Shown: positions 12,113 through 25,476 of the stretch, one piece after another | Position numbering within the stretch: the stretch's first letter is position 1 | How the letters are laid out: each line of letters begins with the position of its first letter | Assembly: GCA_951406725.2 (NCBI GenBank) | Contig: OX597823.1 | Span: forward strand, 81,840,001 to 81,904,000 | Direction: 5' to 3' | DNA: 64,000 nt | Source of the DNA: Octopus vulgaris | Lineage: Eukaryota | Made by a program: the position numbers and the translations under genes | Notes under the pieces: generated by a model | Databases searched by the model: none | Seen by the model: the letters and a program-made list of their open reading frames with translations, nothing else | Told to the model about the DNA's origin: nothing

Positions 12113-12543
12113 CAGTTAAGCTTCGTGCAAAGGCCATACTCGATAACGAGGGAGTGAAACAAAAATTGTGAAACAGAGGTAAAATCATAAAGTAGGAGTT
12201 AATTTTGAGAAATCTATGCGCCTAGGCCTTACTGGCAAACCCCATTTTGTGAGTTCACATTTGTCCTTGGGTTTACTTCACTTTCAAAGGAAAAGAAAAA
12301 CTACTTTACTCGCCACAACTTTGGGCAGAATTGAGGTTTAAGCACCCCCCATATAATCCCTCATAAACCTTTTAATTTAAAAAAAAAATCACAAAACTTT
12401 TAAAATTTGTGTTCTACACATAAATTCATCCGATTATGCAAATAAAATTTTAAAAAATTTCTATGTGCTAAAAACGACAGTTAAATCTCTCTTAAATCAC
12501 ACATCGGGGATAAATAACTCATGTCTTTCTAAAAGAAAACACA

Positions 12544-12615
12544 TTCCCATGCCGGGAATCGAACCCGGGCCGCCTGGGTGAAAGCCAGGAAACCTAACCA
12601 CTAGACCACATGGGA
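12544..12615 (-). tRNA. tRNA-Glu(TTC), one D-stem substitution
   Basis: 72-nt copy. Confidence 0.88.
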
Positions 12616-14555
12616 TTGCTGAATGGCTGACCTTCTAATATAAATATCTATTTGGTTTTCTGATCGTTATATCTTTATGAAAAGTGTATCACTTTATCTG
12701 CAGTTGTCCTTGCTAGTACATTATCTTCAATCACGAATTCAAACATGTAGAATAAAAGTGTCTTCTCCAGAAACAAACACGAAAACGCACAACATATATC
12801 ACGTCATAAGCTATGAGTAAATAATGAGGAGTGAGTCGAGTAAATTATCTGAGATTATGCATTCATCAGTTTCGTATCTGACATTTTAATGTGCCTTAAA
12901 ATAACAATAATCCTTTCTACTATAGGCACAAAAGCTGAAATTTTTATGGAGGTGACTTGTCGATTACATCGACCCCCGAGACGGATAAGAAGTAAAGTCA
13001 ACCTCAGTGGAATTTGAACCATCCTCCGTGCTGACGATTCTGCTAGCTGAACCACCTTTAAAAATAATCATCCTTTCTACAATATGAACAAAGCCTGAAA
13101 TTTTAAGGGATTAAATCGTCGGATCTTTTCTGTTTGGATCACACTTTTAAATTCCTTTAATTTTGCTTCAATTGATTTCAAATTTGGTGTATTGATGTAG
13201 TTTTGTATGCTAATTATGTAAATGAAATTCTTTTTCTTCCATGAATTAATAAATGAAAGTTGGCAAATTTTTGGAAATTTTAGCCAGTCGAAAGCCACAG
13301 ACATATTGGTACCTGTTTCTGTAATAACAAGCCAAGGTATAGTCTACTAACTGAGAAAGAGTGCTACCTGATCAGTGGTTTTCGGAGGAGTGTGTCGCAA
13401 GACCAGACATGTTTTTTTTTATGCGGTGCCATGTCGGATCGTGATACACTGGAGGAATGCATACATCAGTCGATTCTTCCAGGAATTACAATTTTCAGTG
13501 ACTTGTGTGGGGGCAAGGAGAGTTATAACTTTCGACATAGAACAGTGAATCACGGCTCTTAGTTTATTAACTCGAAAGATGGTTCTCACACGCAACATGT
13601 AGAAAGCTCATGGTTCTCTGTAAAACGAAATAACAAACGATGCTGAGGCAGCCACCGTTCTATGGTTGACTCGTATCTCTGCGAGTTTATGTGACACATG
13701 AGGTACGAACATTGTAATTTGTTTGACAAACACGTAGAGTGCGTCGCAGACTTCCGTTTTTGAATTTTCGCTACAAAAGATGTATTAATTATCACTCTTT
13801 TACTTGTTTCAGTCATTTAGCTGTGGCCATGCTGGAGCACCGCCTTTAGTCGAGTAAATCGACCCCAGGACTTATTCTTTGTAAGCCTAGTACTTATTCT
13901 ATCGGTCTGTTTTACCGAACCGCTAAGTTACGAAGACGTAAACACACCACCATCGGTTGTCAAGCGATTTTAGGGGCCAAACACTGTCAAATGACTGAAA
14001 CAAAGTAAAAGAGTGAAGAGAGAGTAAAGATATGACAAACTGAAAGAGAGAACAACATTTTGATTAAGGTTAACCAGAGGAGAACGAGTAGAGTGGTGGC
14101 GCTGATGGAGTGGATGTCAAACTTAAATGAAATATGCTGTATTAAAAGGTCACTTTACTGTGAAAGCGGTCGTGAACCGAACCAGAGCTGCCTGGGAGAC
14201 AGCTAACGGATCCTAACCATAAAGCACATGGGAACACTGAGTGCTGCATCCAATAGTTATGTCTTTATCAAACGTTTTCTTGATTAAGTGATAAAAAAAA
14301 TACGGTATAATATTAAAAAAAAAATTAATTCGTAATAGATTATAAAACGGTATAATAATTTTTCAAAAATTAATTCGTAATTTCTTCAAATAATTTTTTT
14401 CTTTGTGTCACAATCACTGCTAGGATTTTGTTTTCTATGTCCAAGAGGTAGATTTTAATTACTTAAGAAATTTACTTTTATTACGGCATGAATAAGTTAA
14501 ATTCACGAATTACTTAAAATAAATTTAACATAATTTATTACAAAAAAAGAATGCG

Positions 14556-14627
14556 TTCCCATGCCGGGAATCGAACCCGGGCCGCCTGGGTGAAAGCCAG
14601 GAATCCTAACCACTAGACCACATGGGA
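14556..14627 (-). tRNA. tRNA-Glu(TTC), consensus
   Basis: Identical to consensus. Confidence 0.96.
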
Positions 14628-15113
14628 GTGCTGCTTTGCATCTGCATTACATATACCTTTATCACTCACCGCTCTCTCGCCTTCCCTCTCTCTCGCCTTC
14701 CCTGTCTCTTGCCTCCCGTCTCCTTCGCCTCCCTTCTCTCTCACCTCCTCTCACTCTCGTCTCCTCTCTCTCTCTCGTTTCCCATCTCTCTCGCTTCACG
14801 CCTCTCACGCCTCACGCCTACACGATGAAAATCCTAAGCGACTTTAAACTTATTAAATATTCGGATATCTCGATATCCTCCAAAGATTATAAATAAGATC
14901 CATGCATCTGGAATTAAGCAACACAAACCCAGAATAGAAAAGCAAGTAAAATACAAAATAAGAAACAAAAATAAATCAAAATAAAATAAAAACAACATAA
15001 TGTGTCCCCGTGGGTCTTCTTTCAGTTTTCGCCAACCAAATCCACATACATACATACATACATACTGGCTGCTCCCTCGTTATCGAGTATGGCCTTTGCA
15101 CGAAGCTTAACTG

Positions 15114-15557
15114 TTATTGGTGCTGTGATCGAATGTGACTTTTTAGCCCAGCTAAAGAACTACAATGTCTTGTACAGAATTGGCAGCTAAAACCTTTACC
15201 GGTAATAGCCGGCTGTAGTTGTAACTGGGCTTCATGTACCTTCGCATGTCGTTTAAGTCCACCTGCCGAATTACACTCTCTTCCACATGCCTGACAGATA
15301 TGATTAGTATGGTGTGTTACACCACCACCAGTGGCCAGGTTGTCACTCATCTGCCTCGCTTTATAACTACGAAGATGACTCTTGAGTCCAGCTTTACTGA
15401 GGCAGGGTCTTGCACAGACACTGCATGTCAGCATCATATGAAGACCCTTCCCATTTGGAAGTGTACCAGTGATGCCCTTCCTGACATCCCTCCTAACTTT
15501 CTCATGCGCAACTCGAGATTTCTCGAAAGTAGCTGTCCCCTCGTGCACAATCCTCAT
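15114..15557 (-). mobile_element. RTE-derived triple C2H2 ORF, third copy
   Basis: Same protein as the 11669-12112 copy. Confidence 0.85.
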
Positions 15558-15941
15558 GCCTCCTTGTTCGCTTGACAACCGGTGTTGGTGTGTTTACGTC
15601 CCCTAGGTTAGCTATTCGGAATAAGTGATCGATAGAATAAGTACCAGTCTAAAAAAAAAAAAGAAAAGAAATTAGTTCTAGGGGCGATTCGTTCGACTAA
15701 CGTTTTTCAACGTGGATCCCCAGTCTGATCGCATGCTGAAAACTGAAACAAGTAAAATATAAAGGATAAAACATGATTTAAAAGTCATTTGACCTGCTGG
15801 ATACCGCACCCAAATTTCTCTCTAATCAAATCCGTTTTAAAAATGAAAGAAATTCTAAATAATTACTCAAGCTACTTTCAAGAATGAAGGTAAATGTATT
15901 TCCTACTGCATCTTTATAATAATACCAATAAAAAGTGAATA

Positions 15942-16013
15942 TTCCCATGCCGGGAATCGAACCCGGGCCGCCTGGGTGAAAGCCAGGAATCCTAACCACT
16001 AGACCACATGGGA
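15942..16013 (-). tRNA. tRNA-Glu(TTC), consensus
   Basis: Identical to consensus. Confidence 0.96.
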
Positions 16014-16542
16014 CTTCTGCATTCATGATTCACCACTGATGTCTTCATCAAAAGTATTTCTCTTTCATCAGTAGTTGTCATTGTTGCTAGTACATTATTT
16101 TCATTTATGAATTTAGACATGTAGAATAAAGGGTCTTGCTTAGGAGTGAAAATAAAATTGTGAAACATAGGTGAAGTCATAAAGTAGGAGTTAATTTTGA
16201 AAAATGTATGCACCTAGACCTAACTGGCAAACTCCATTTTGTGAGTTCACATTTGTCCTTGGGTTTACTTCACTTTCAAAGGGAAAAAAAACCCACTTTA
16301 CACAACTTTGGGCAGAATTGAGGTTTAAGCGCCCCTATATAAACTCTCAAAAACCTTTTAATTTAAAAAAAAATTCACAAAACTTTTAAAATTTGTGTTC
16401 TACACACAAATATTCATACGATTATGCAAATAAAATTTTAAAAGATTTCAATGTGCTGAAAACGACAGTTAAATCTCTCTTAAATCACACACCGGGGAGG
16501 GCATGAATTCGCATAACTCATATCTTTCTAAAACAAAACACA

Positions 16543-16614
16543 TTCTCATGCCGGGAATCGAACCCGGGCCGCCTGGGTGAAAGCCAGGAATCCTAACCAC
16601 TAGACCACATGGGA
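16543..16614 (-). tRNA. tRNA-Glu(TTC) variant (acceptor-stem mismatch)
   Basis: 72-nt copy, CATGAGA. Confidence 0.85.
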
Positions 16615-18152
16615 TTGCTGAATGGCTGGCCTTCTAATATAAATATCTATTTGGTTTTCTGATCGTTATATCTTTATGAAAAGTGTATCACTTTATCTGC
16701 AGTCGTCCTTGCTAGTACATTATCTTCAATTACGAATTCAAACATGTAGAATAAAAGTGTCTTCTCCAGAAACAAACACGAAAATGTACAACATATATAA
16801 CGTCATAAGCTATGAGTAAATAATGAGGAGCGAGTCGAGTAAATTATCTGACATTTTAATGTGCCTTAAAATAACAATAAACCTTTCTGCTATAGGCACA
16901 AAAGCTGAAATTTTTATGGAGGTGACTAGTCGATTACATCGACCCCCGAGACGGATAAGAAGTAAAGTCAACCTCAGTGGAATTTGAACCATCCTCCGTG
17001 CTGACGATTCTGCTAGCTGAACCACCTTTAAAAATAATCATCCTTTCTACAATATGAACAAAGCCTGAAATTTTGAGGGATTAAATCGTCGGATCTTTTC
17101 TGTTTGGATCACACTTTTAAATTCCTTTCATTTTGCTTCAATTGATTTCAAATTTGGTGTATTGATGTAGTTTTGTATGCTAATTATGTAAATGAAATTC
17201 TTTTTCTTCCATGAATTAATAAATGAAAGTTGGCAAATTTTTGGAAAATTTAGCCAGTCGAAAGCCACAGACATATTGGTACCTGTTTCTGTAATAACAA
17301 TCCAAGGTATAGTCTACTAACTGAGAAAGAGTGCTACCAGATTAGTGGTTTTCGGAGGAGTGTGTCGCAAGACCAGACATGTTTTTCTTTATGCGGTGCC
17401 ATGTCGGATCGTGATACACTGGAGGAATGCATACATCAGTCGATTCTTCCAGGAATTACAATTTTCAGTGACTTGTGGGGGGCAAGGAGAGTTATAACTT
17501 TCGACATAGAACAGTGGATCACGGCTCTTAGTTTATTAACTCGAAAGATGGTTCTCACACGCAACAAGTAGAAAGCTCATGGTTCTCTGTAAAACGAAAT
17601 AACAAACGATGCTGAGGCAGCCACCGTTCTATGGTTGACTCGTATCTCTGCGAGTTTATGTGACACATGAGGTACGAACATTGTAATTTGTTTGACAAAC
17701 CCCTAGAGTGCGTCGCAGACTTCCGTTTTTGAATTTTCGCTACAAAAGATGTATTAATTATCACTCTTTTACTTGTTTCAGTCATTTCCGCCAACCAAAT
17801 CCACGTGCATACATACATACATACATACATACATACATACATACATACATACATACATACATACATACATACATAGGTGTAAAAATCCAGGAATTGGTAT
17901 CCAAAAATCATGATTCGTCTACCTCTCAACTTCTTTTCTTTCAACACGTGATCTCTTGAGCACCACCAGCAAAAATATTTTTTTCCTCTGTCTTCCCTTC
18001 TTGGGATCTTTCCTTCTCCTTGTTTCCGACGAAAGCTCCGCTCGAAACGTTAAACCCTCCTTCCCTTCTTTCCTGAGCGTCAAATAATACTTTAATTGTT
18101 CCACGTCCTCGCGTTGCTGTGTTTTTTTCTGTGTTTTCTTGTTTGGATTAAC

Positions 18153-18184
<32 letters not shown>

Positions 18185-19264
18185 CACACACACATACATA
18201 CATACATACTTACATACATACATATACACATACATACATACATACATACATACACACACACATACATACATACATACATACATACGTTCGCACATACATA
18301 CATACATACATACATACATACATACATACATACATACGTTCGCACATACATGCATAAAAAATACATACATACTGTCTTTTTTTTTTTCATCCTGAAAATA
18401 CATACATATATTCTCAAGTTCCAAATATGAATTTGTCTGTGTTAATTACATCCCAAAGATTGAGCCTTGTATCTTTGTAGGAAACCGACTCCCTCTTCAG
18501 AGGAAGGTTTATAATAATTAAAAAATAGAAGAGACAAACGTACATACATACATACATACATACATATAAAAAAGAGAATAGCTACACTGAACTATTGAGA
18601 AACCTGCAGTTACTCTGTCCAGATTACAAGCTCAGGTTTATACCTGTAATCATTGGGACCCTGGGATATGTAACACACTGGCTAAATACCAATCTGGAGA
18701 AATTAGGCATCTCAAAACGACAAAGGAGAAAGCTAATTCGAAGACTACAGAGCTAATTCATCACTGGAACTGTAAAGATTTGTAAAACTTTCCAGAAGTT
18801 TATCATTTAAATATTTATGAGCATGTCTAGATTTGCAACTATATGCATAAGAAAACATACAAAAATCAAAACATACAAATCTGCACATATACATACATAC
18901 ATACATACATACATACATACATACATACATACATACATACATACATACATACATACATACATACATACTACATACATACAAACAAACAAAAATACCCTGT
19001 TGTTGATGTTGAAATTTCAATGAAGGAAACCGGCCCTTTCTCTATTGGCAAGAAATGTTGGAATAAAACTGAACAATAGCATACATATGCACATACATAC
19101 ATGCCTCCATACATACAAACATACATACATACATACATACATACATACACACAAACCCATAGACACATACATACATACATACATACATACATACACACAC
19201 ACATACACACATACATACATACATACATACATACATACATTACATACATACATACATGCATACG

Positions 19265-21251
19265 AGTGGCGTGCGGTGACTTCCGGGGTGGACATGCAAT
19301 GAATTTCTTTGCCCCCCCCCCCACCGGGCAATTTTTCAGGAAAAAAATTTTCGAATTCCTACGATTTACATATGGGAGATTCTGAATATGCAATCAACCC
19401 CGTATGACCTAGAATAAAAAAAAAAAAAACGTCGCCCTGGTACTATTTAAGAAGAGTGGTCCCGTTGCGCGCGCTGGCTAGTCGTGACTAGTCGATCCTA
19501 CGACTATCTAGCAAAGTAAATAAATTTTTTAAACAAAATATATAAAACACAAAGTAAATAATGTTTTAAACAAAGTAAATAAAACACAAAGTAAGGATCG
19601 ACTAGTCACGACTAGCTGGCGTGGATGCTCGGGTGCGCGCACCGGGACCACTCTTTTTAAATAGTACCCATGATTTTTAAATTGTTTGCAATACTCATCA
19701 AATTTGTTGAAATTCGAAAGTTCCATGAATTTAAACTCTTCTAAGGATGAATATCGTGCTTTTATTTGGTCAACTATTGTACTGATAATTTTGTTATAAA
19801 GCATTTTATGTCGTTGGGGCTCAATAGATATATTCTTAGATCTCTGAATTCCGATTCCTGCATCGACTCCATATTTTTCCCCCGGGTTCAGTTCCACTGC
19901 GTGGCACCTTGGGCAAGGGTCTTCTACTATAGTCTCGGGCCGACCAAAGCCTTGTGAGTGGATTTGGTAGACGGAAACTGAAAGAAGCCCGTGGTATATA
20001 TGTATATATATATGCGTGTGTGTGTTTGTGCGTCTGTGTTTGTCCCCCTAGCATTGCTTGGCAACCGATGCTGGTGTGTTTATGTCCCCGTTACTTAGCG
20101 GTTCGGCAAAATAGACCGATAGAATAAGTCCCGGGGTCGAGTTGCTCGATTAAAGGCGGTGCTCGAGCATGGCCGCAGTCAAATGACTGAAACAAGTAAA
20201 AGAGATTGAAAAATTATCAAGTTTGTTTTCGAGTACAGTTCTAGTTTTATCTATTTGATCTTTACAATACACTATGTCATGACTTTTACTCTGGAGGATG
20301 TTAAATATGAAAAAAGAAAAAATCTCACTGAATACTTCTAACAAAAATAAGAAATCAGGAGCTTTTAAAGTTTGTAAGAATCCAATTGCTGAATTTATGG
20401 TGGTATCATCCCATGCTTCAGGATTTTCAATGATGTGCTCAAAAAGGCTGATTATGAAATGATAATTTTCCTTTGTGGTAATAATAAGCCGTGAGGCTGT
20501 TGCCTTCGGAAATCTTTTTTTAACAATGTTATCTAATGCATTAGCCCTTTTCGGTGTTGGTCTCCCACCGATATAATTAATTATTTTCCATCGAATTCTC
20601 CTTTCGAAAAACTATTTCTCAAAATATCGTTTATAACACACATTTCACTCATTTCGTAAAAGGCTGTTCTTATATACGAACACACGTGGAAGCGCCGGCG
20701 TAAATTTAAGTCAATTTCAACAAAACAGAAAGATACAGAAAGTGGGTATCATGCGGTCAGCTCATAGCATGACATGCCACTGAGAGAAAGGGGAAGGGGG
20801 TACAAAATATTACGAACGACCTTTCCTCCTAGCATCTGTTTTATCAATTCACTAAGAGAGAAAGAGGAAGGAGGGACAAACTAAGAGACAGTGAGGGAGG
20901 TCATGCGGGTCTTCCCCCAGCATAGCCACTAAGAGAAAGAGGAAGGGGGTACAAATATTTCAAATGCCCTATCCCCTTAGCATGTCTTTTAAACAAGTTG
21001 CTAAGAGTGAGAGAGAGAGAGGAAGGAAGGACAAACTGAGACAGAGAGGGAGTGTCTAACTTGCTGGTCTTGTCAATGCATGACTTCTAAAAGCAGAAGT
21101 AGAGTCACTGAGAGAGAAGGGGAGAAAAATACAACTGGACGGATTTTCTTTGAAACAAAGTAACTATTTTATCTAATTTTCCGATCATATGGATAAAAAA
21201 ATCACAGGGCATGCAACGCATACCTTGCATACCTGAGAGTGCACGCCCCTG
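19265..21251 (-). mobile_element. hAT remnant, duplicate of 5492-7480
   Basis: Same TIRs, flanks, nested MITE and SINE. Confidence 0.75.
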
Positions 21252-22182
21252 GCATACGTACATACATAGGATCTTCTCTGTCGGGCTGCATTTTCTGAAA
21301 TTTTAAAACTAATTGAAAATTTTCAAATTTGGAATATTGATGAAATTTTCCACGCTGACTCTCAGGGACAAATTCAATTTTTCCAGAAATTAAAAAAAAA
21401 AGAGTTACAGAGGTTTAAAGTTTGATAATTTTTACCCAATCAGAAAACAGGATATGGAAGATGTCATTTTGTGCGTGACTGCACATGTCAACATTACGGC
21501 AATAGCACGTGTTTTGATATCAAACTGTCAACGGCTGAAATATTAGTGGGATTCTGGTTTACGCACTCCATATAACTTCTCATGTTTTTTATTTTTTGAA
21601 ATTTTCAGAAAATTTTTGCATATTTCTATTCTACACACGGAAATTCATACGATTATGCATCCACCACACAAAAAAAAAAATTGGTGCGTGATTTAAGGCC
21701 TACTTGCCTGTTATTTTTAGCACATCTCACGACCACCTCATACCTCCTTGTTTGTGTGTGTCTTTTGTTTCCCCACCACCACTTGACAACCGGCGTTTGT
21801 GTGTTTACGTCCCCTAGGTTAGCTATTTGGAATAAATGATCAATAGAATAAGTACCAGGCTAAAACAAAAAAAGAAATTAGTGCTAGAGGCGATTCGTTC
21901 GACTAATGTTCTTCAACGTGGGGCCCCAGCCTGACCGCATGTTGATAACTGAAACAAGCAAAATATAAAGGATAAAAATTTTTTAAAAAGTCACTTGACC
22001 TGCTGGATACCGCACCCTAATTTCCCTCTAATCAAATCCGTTTTTAAAAAAACGAAAGAAATTCTAAATAAATTTGAAAAATTACTCCTTAATTTCATGA
22101 ATTTCGATAAGCTACTTTCAAGAATGAATGTAAATGTATTTCCTACAGCATCTTTATAATAATAAAAAAAATGAAGTAAACG

Positions 22183-22254
22183 TTCCCATGCCGGGAATCG
22201 AACCCGGGCCGCCTGGGTGAAAGCCAGGAATCCTAACCACTAGACCACATGGGA
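22183..22254 (-). tRNA. tRNA-Glu(TTC), consensus
   Basis: Identical to consensus. Confidence 0.96.
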
Positions 22255-22718
22255 CTTCTGCATTCGTGGTTCACAACTGATGACTTCATCAAAAGTATTT
22301 CTCTTTCATCAGCAGTTGCCATTGTTGTTAGTTGCTGGTACATTATTTTTATTTATGAAGTTAGACATGTAGAATAAAGGGTCTTGCTTAGGAGTGAAAA
22401 TAAAATTGTGAAACAGAGGTAAAATCACATTTGTCCTTGGGTTTACTTCACTTTCAAAGGAAAAGAAAAACCACTTTACTCGCCACAACTTTGGGCAGAA
22501 TAGAGGTTTAAGCACCCCCCATAAACCTTTTAATTTAAAAAAAAATTAACAAAACTTTAAAAATTTGTGTTCTACACACGTAAATTCATCCGATTATGCA
22601 AATACAATTTTTAAAAATATCTACATGCTAAAAACGACAGTTAAATCTCTCTTAAATCACACACCAGGGAGGGCATGAATTCGCATAAATAACTCATGTC
22701 TTTCTAAAAGAAAACACA

Positions 22719-22790
22719 TTCCCATGCCGGGAATCGAACCCGGGCCGCCTGGGTGAAAGCCAGGAATCCTAACCACTAGACCACATGGGA
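22719..22790 (-). tRNA. tRNA-Glu(TTC), consensus
   Basis: Identical to consensus. Confidence 0.96.
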
Positions 22791-24731
22791 TTGCTGAATG
22801 GCTGACCTTCTAATATAGATATCTATTTGGTTTTCTGATCGTTATATCTTTATGAAAAGTGTATCACTTTATCTGCAGTCGTCCTTGCTAGTACATTATC
22901 TTCAATTACGAATTCAAACATGTAGAATAAAAGTGTCTTCTCCAGAAACAAACACGAAAATGTACAACATATATAACGTCATAAACTATGAATAAATAAT
23001 GAGGAGTGAATCTATCAAATTGTCTGAGATTATGCATTCATCTGTTTCGTATCTGACATTTTAATGTGCCTTAAAATAACAATAATCCTTTCTACTATAG
23101 GCACAAAAGCTGAAATTTTTATGGAGGTGACTTGTCGATTACATCGACCCCCGAGACAGATAAGAAGTAAAGTCAACCTCAGTGGAATTTGAACCATCCT
23201 CCGTGCTGACGATTCTGCTAGCTGAACCACCTTTAAAAATAATCATCCTTTCTACAATATGAACAAAGCCTGAAATTTTGAGGGATTAAATCGTCGGATC
23301 TTTTCTGTTTGGATCACACTTTTAAATTCCTTTAATTTTACTTCAATTGATTTCAAATTTGGTGTATTGATGTAGTTTTGTATGCTAATTATGTAAATGA
23401 AATTCTTTTTCTTCCATGAATTAATAAATGAAAGTTGGCAAATTTTTGGAAAATTTAGCCAGTCGAAAGCCACAGACATATTGGTACCTGTTTCTGTAAT
23501 AACAATCCAAAGTATAGTCTACTAACTGAGAAAGAGTGCTACCTGATCAGTGGATGTTCGGGGGAGTGTGTCGCAAGACCAGACATGTTTTTCTTTATGC
23601 GGTGCCATGTCGGATCGTGATACACTGGAGGAATGCATACATCAGTCGATTCTTCCAGGAATTACAATTTTCAGTGACTTGTGGGGGCCAAGGAGAGTTA
23701 TAACTTTCGACATAGAACAGTGGATCACGGCTCTTAGTTTATTAACTCGAAAGATGGTTCTCACACGCAACATGTAGAAAGCTCATGGTTCTCTGTAAAA
23801 CGAAATAACAAACGATGCTGAGGCAGCCACCGTTCTATGGTTGACTCGTATCTCTGCGAGTTTATGTGACACATGAGGTACGAACATTGTAATTTGTTTG
23901 ACAAACTCCTAGAGTGCGTCGCAGACTTCCGTTTTTGAATTTTCTCTACAAAAGATGTATTAATTATCACTCTTTTACTTGTTTCAGTCATTTGGCTGTG
24001 GCCATGCTGGAGCACCGCCTTTAGTCGAGTAAATCGACCCCAGGACTTATTCTTTGTAAGCCTAGTACTTATTCTATCGGTCTGTTTTACCGAACCGCTA
24101 AGTTACGAAGACGTAAACACACCACCATCGGTTGTCAAGCGATTTTAGGGGCCAAACACTGTCAAATGACTGAAACAAAGTAAAAGAGTGAAGAGAGAGT
24201 AAAGATATGACAAACTGAAAGAGAGAACAACATTTTGATTAAGGTTAACCAGAGGAGAACGAGTAGAGTGGTGGCGCTGATGGAGTGGATGTCAAACTTA
24301 AATGAAATATGCTGTATTAAAAGGTCACTTTACTGTGAAAGCGGTCGTGAACCGAACCAGAGCTGCCTGGGAGACAGCTAACGGATCCTAACCATAAAGC
24401 ACATGGGAACACTGAGTGCTGCATCCAATAGTTATGTCTTTATCAAACGTTTTCTTGATTAAGTGATAAAAAAAATATGGTATAATATTAAAAAAAAAAA
24501 TTAATTCGTAATAGGTTATAAAACGGTATAATAATTTTTCAAAAATTAATTCGTAATTTCTTCAAATAATCCTTTTTCTTTGTGTCACAATCACTACTAG
24601 GATTTTGTTTTCTATGTCCAAGAGGTAGATTTTAATTACTTAAGAAATTTACTTTTATTACGGCATGAATAAGTTAAATTCACGAATTACTTAAAATAAA
24701 TTTAACATAATTTATTACAAAAAAAAATGCG

Positions 24732-24803
24732 TTCCCATGCCGGGAATCGAACCCGGGCCGCCTGGGTGAAAGCCAGGAATCCTAACCACTAGACCACATG
24801 GGA
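24732..24803 (-). tRNA. tRNA-Glu(TTC), consensus
   Basis: Identical to consensus. Confidence 0.96.
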
Positions 24804-24923
24804 GTGCTGCTTTGTATCTGCATTACATATACCTTTATCATAAGTAAGTCTTTTTTTGTCAGTCGATGTCATCGCTGCTTGCTGCTTTTACGTTATCTTC
24901 GTTGATTAAGTGAGGCATTTCGC

Positions 24924-24962
<39 letters not shown>

Positions 24963-25476
24963 TCCTCTCTCTCTTGCCAATCCTCTCTCGCCTCACCGCT
25001 CTCTCACCTTCCCTCTCTCTCGCCTTTCCTGTCTTTTGCCTCCCCTCTCTCTTCCCTTCCCTCTCTCTCGCCTCTCCTGTCTCTTGCCTCCCGTTCTTTC
25101 GCCTCCCTTCTCTCTCACTTCCTCTCTCTCTCGTTTCCCATCTCGCTTGCCTCCCCTCTCTCACGCCTCTCACGATGAAAATCTTAAGCGACTTTAAACT
25201 TATTAAATATTCGGATATCTCGATATCCTCCAAAGATTATAAATAAGATCCATGCACCTGGAATTAAGCAACACAAACCCAGAATAGAAAAGCAAGTAAA
25301 ATACAAAATAAGAAACAAAAATAAATCAAAATAAAATAAAAACAACTTAATGTGTCCTCGTGGGTCTTCTTTCAGTTTTCGCCAACCAAATCCACATACA
25401 TACATACATGCATACATACATACATACATACATACATACATACATACATACATACATACATACATACATACATACA

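Larger units (their letters stand above)
10317..12154 (+). repeat. Inverted duplicate of ~15071-16911 (and ~1316-3169)
   Basis: Reverse complement of the tRNA-tRNA-zinc-finger segment; shares diagnostic variants with the 15-17 kb copy. Confidence 0.92.
13891..24067 (+). repeat. ~10.2 kb segmental duplication unit, near-identical to 1-10308
   Basis: The sequence at position 1 recurs at 13891 and ~24068; same order of tRNAs and transposons. Confidence 0.93.
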
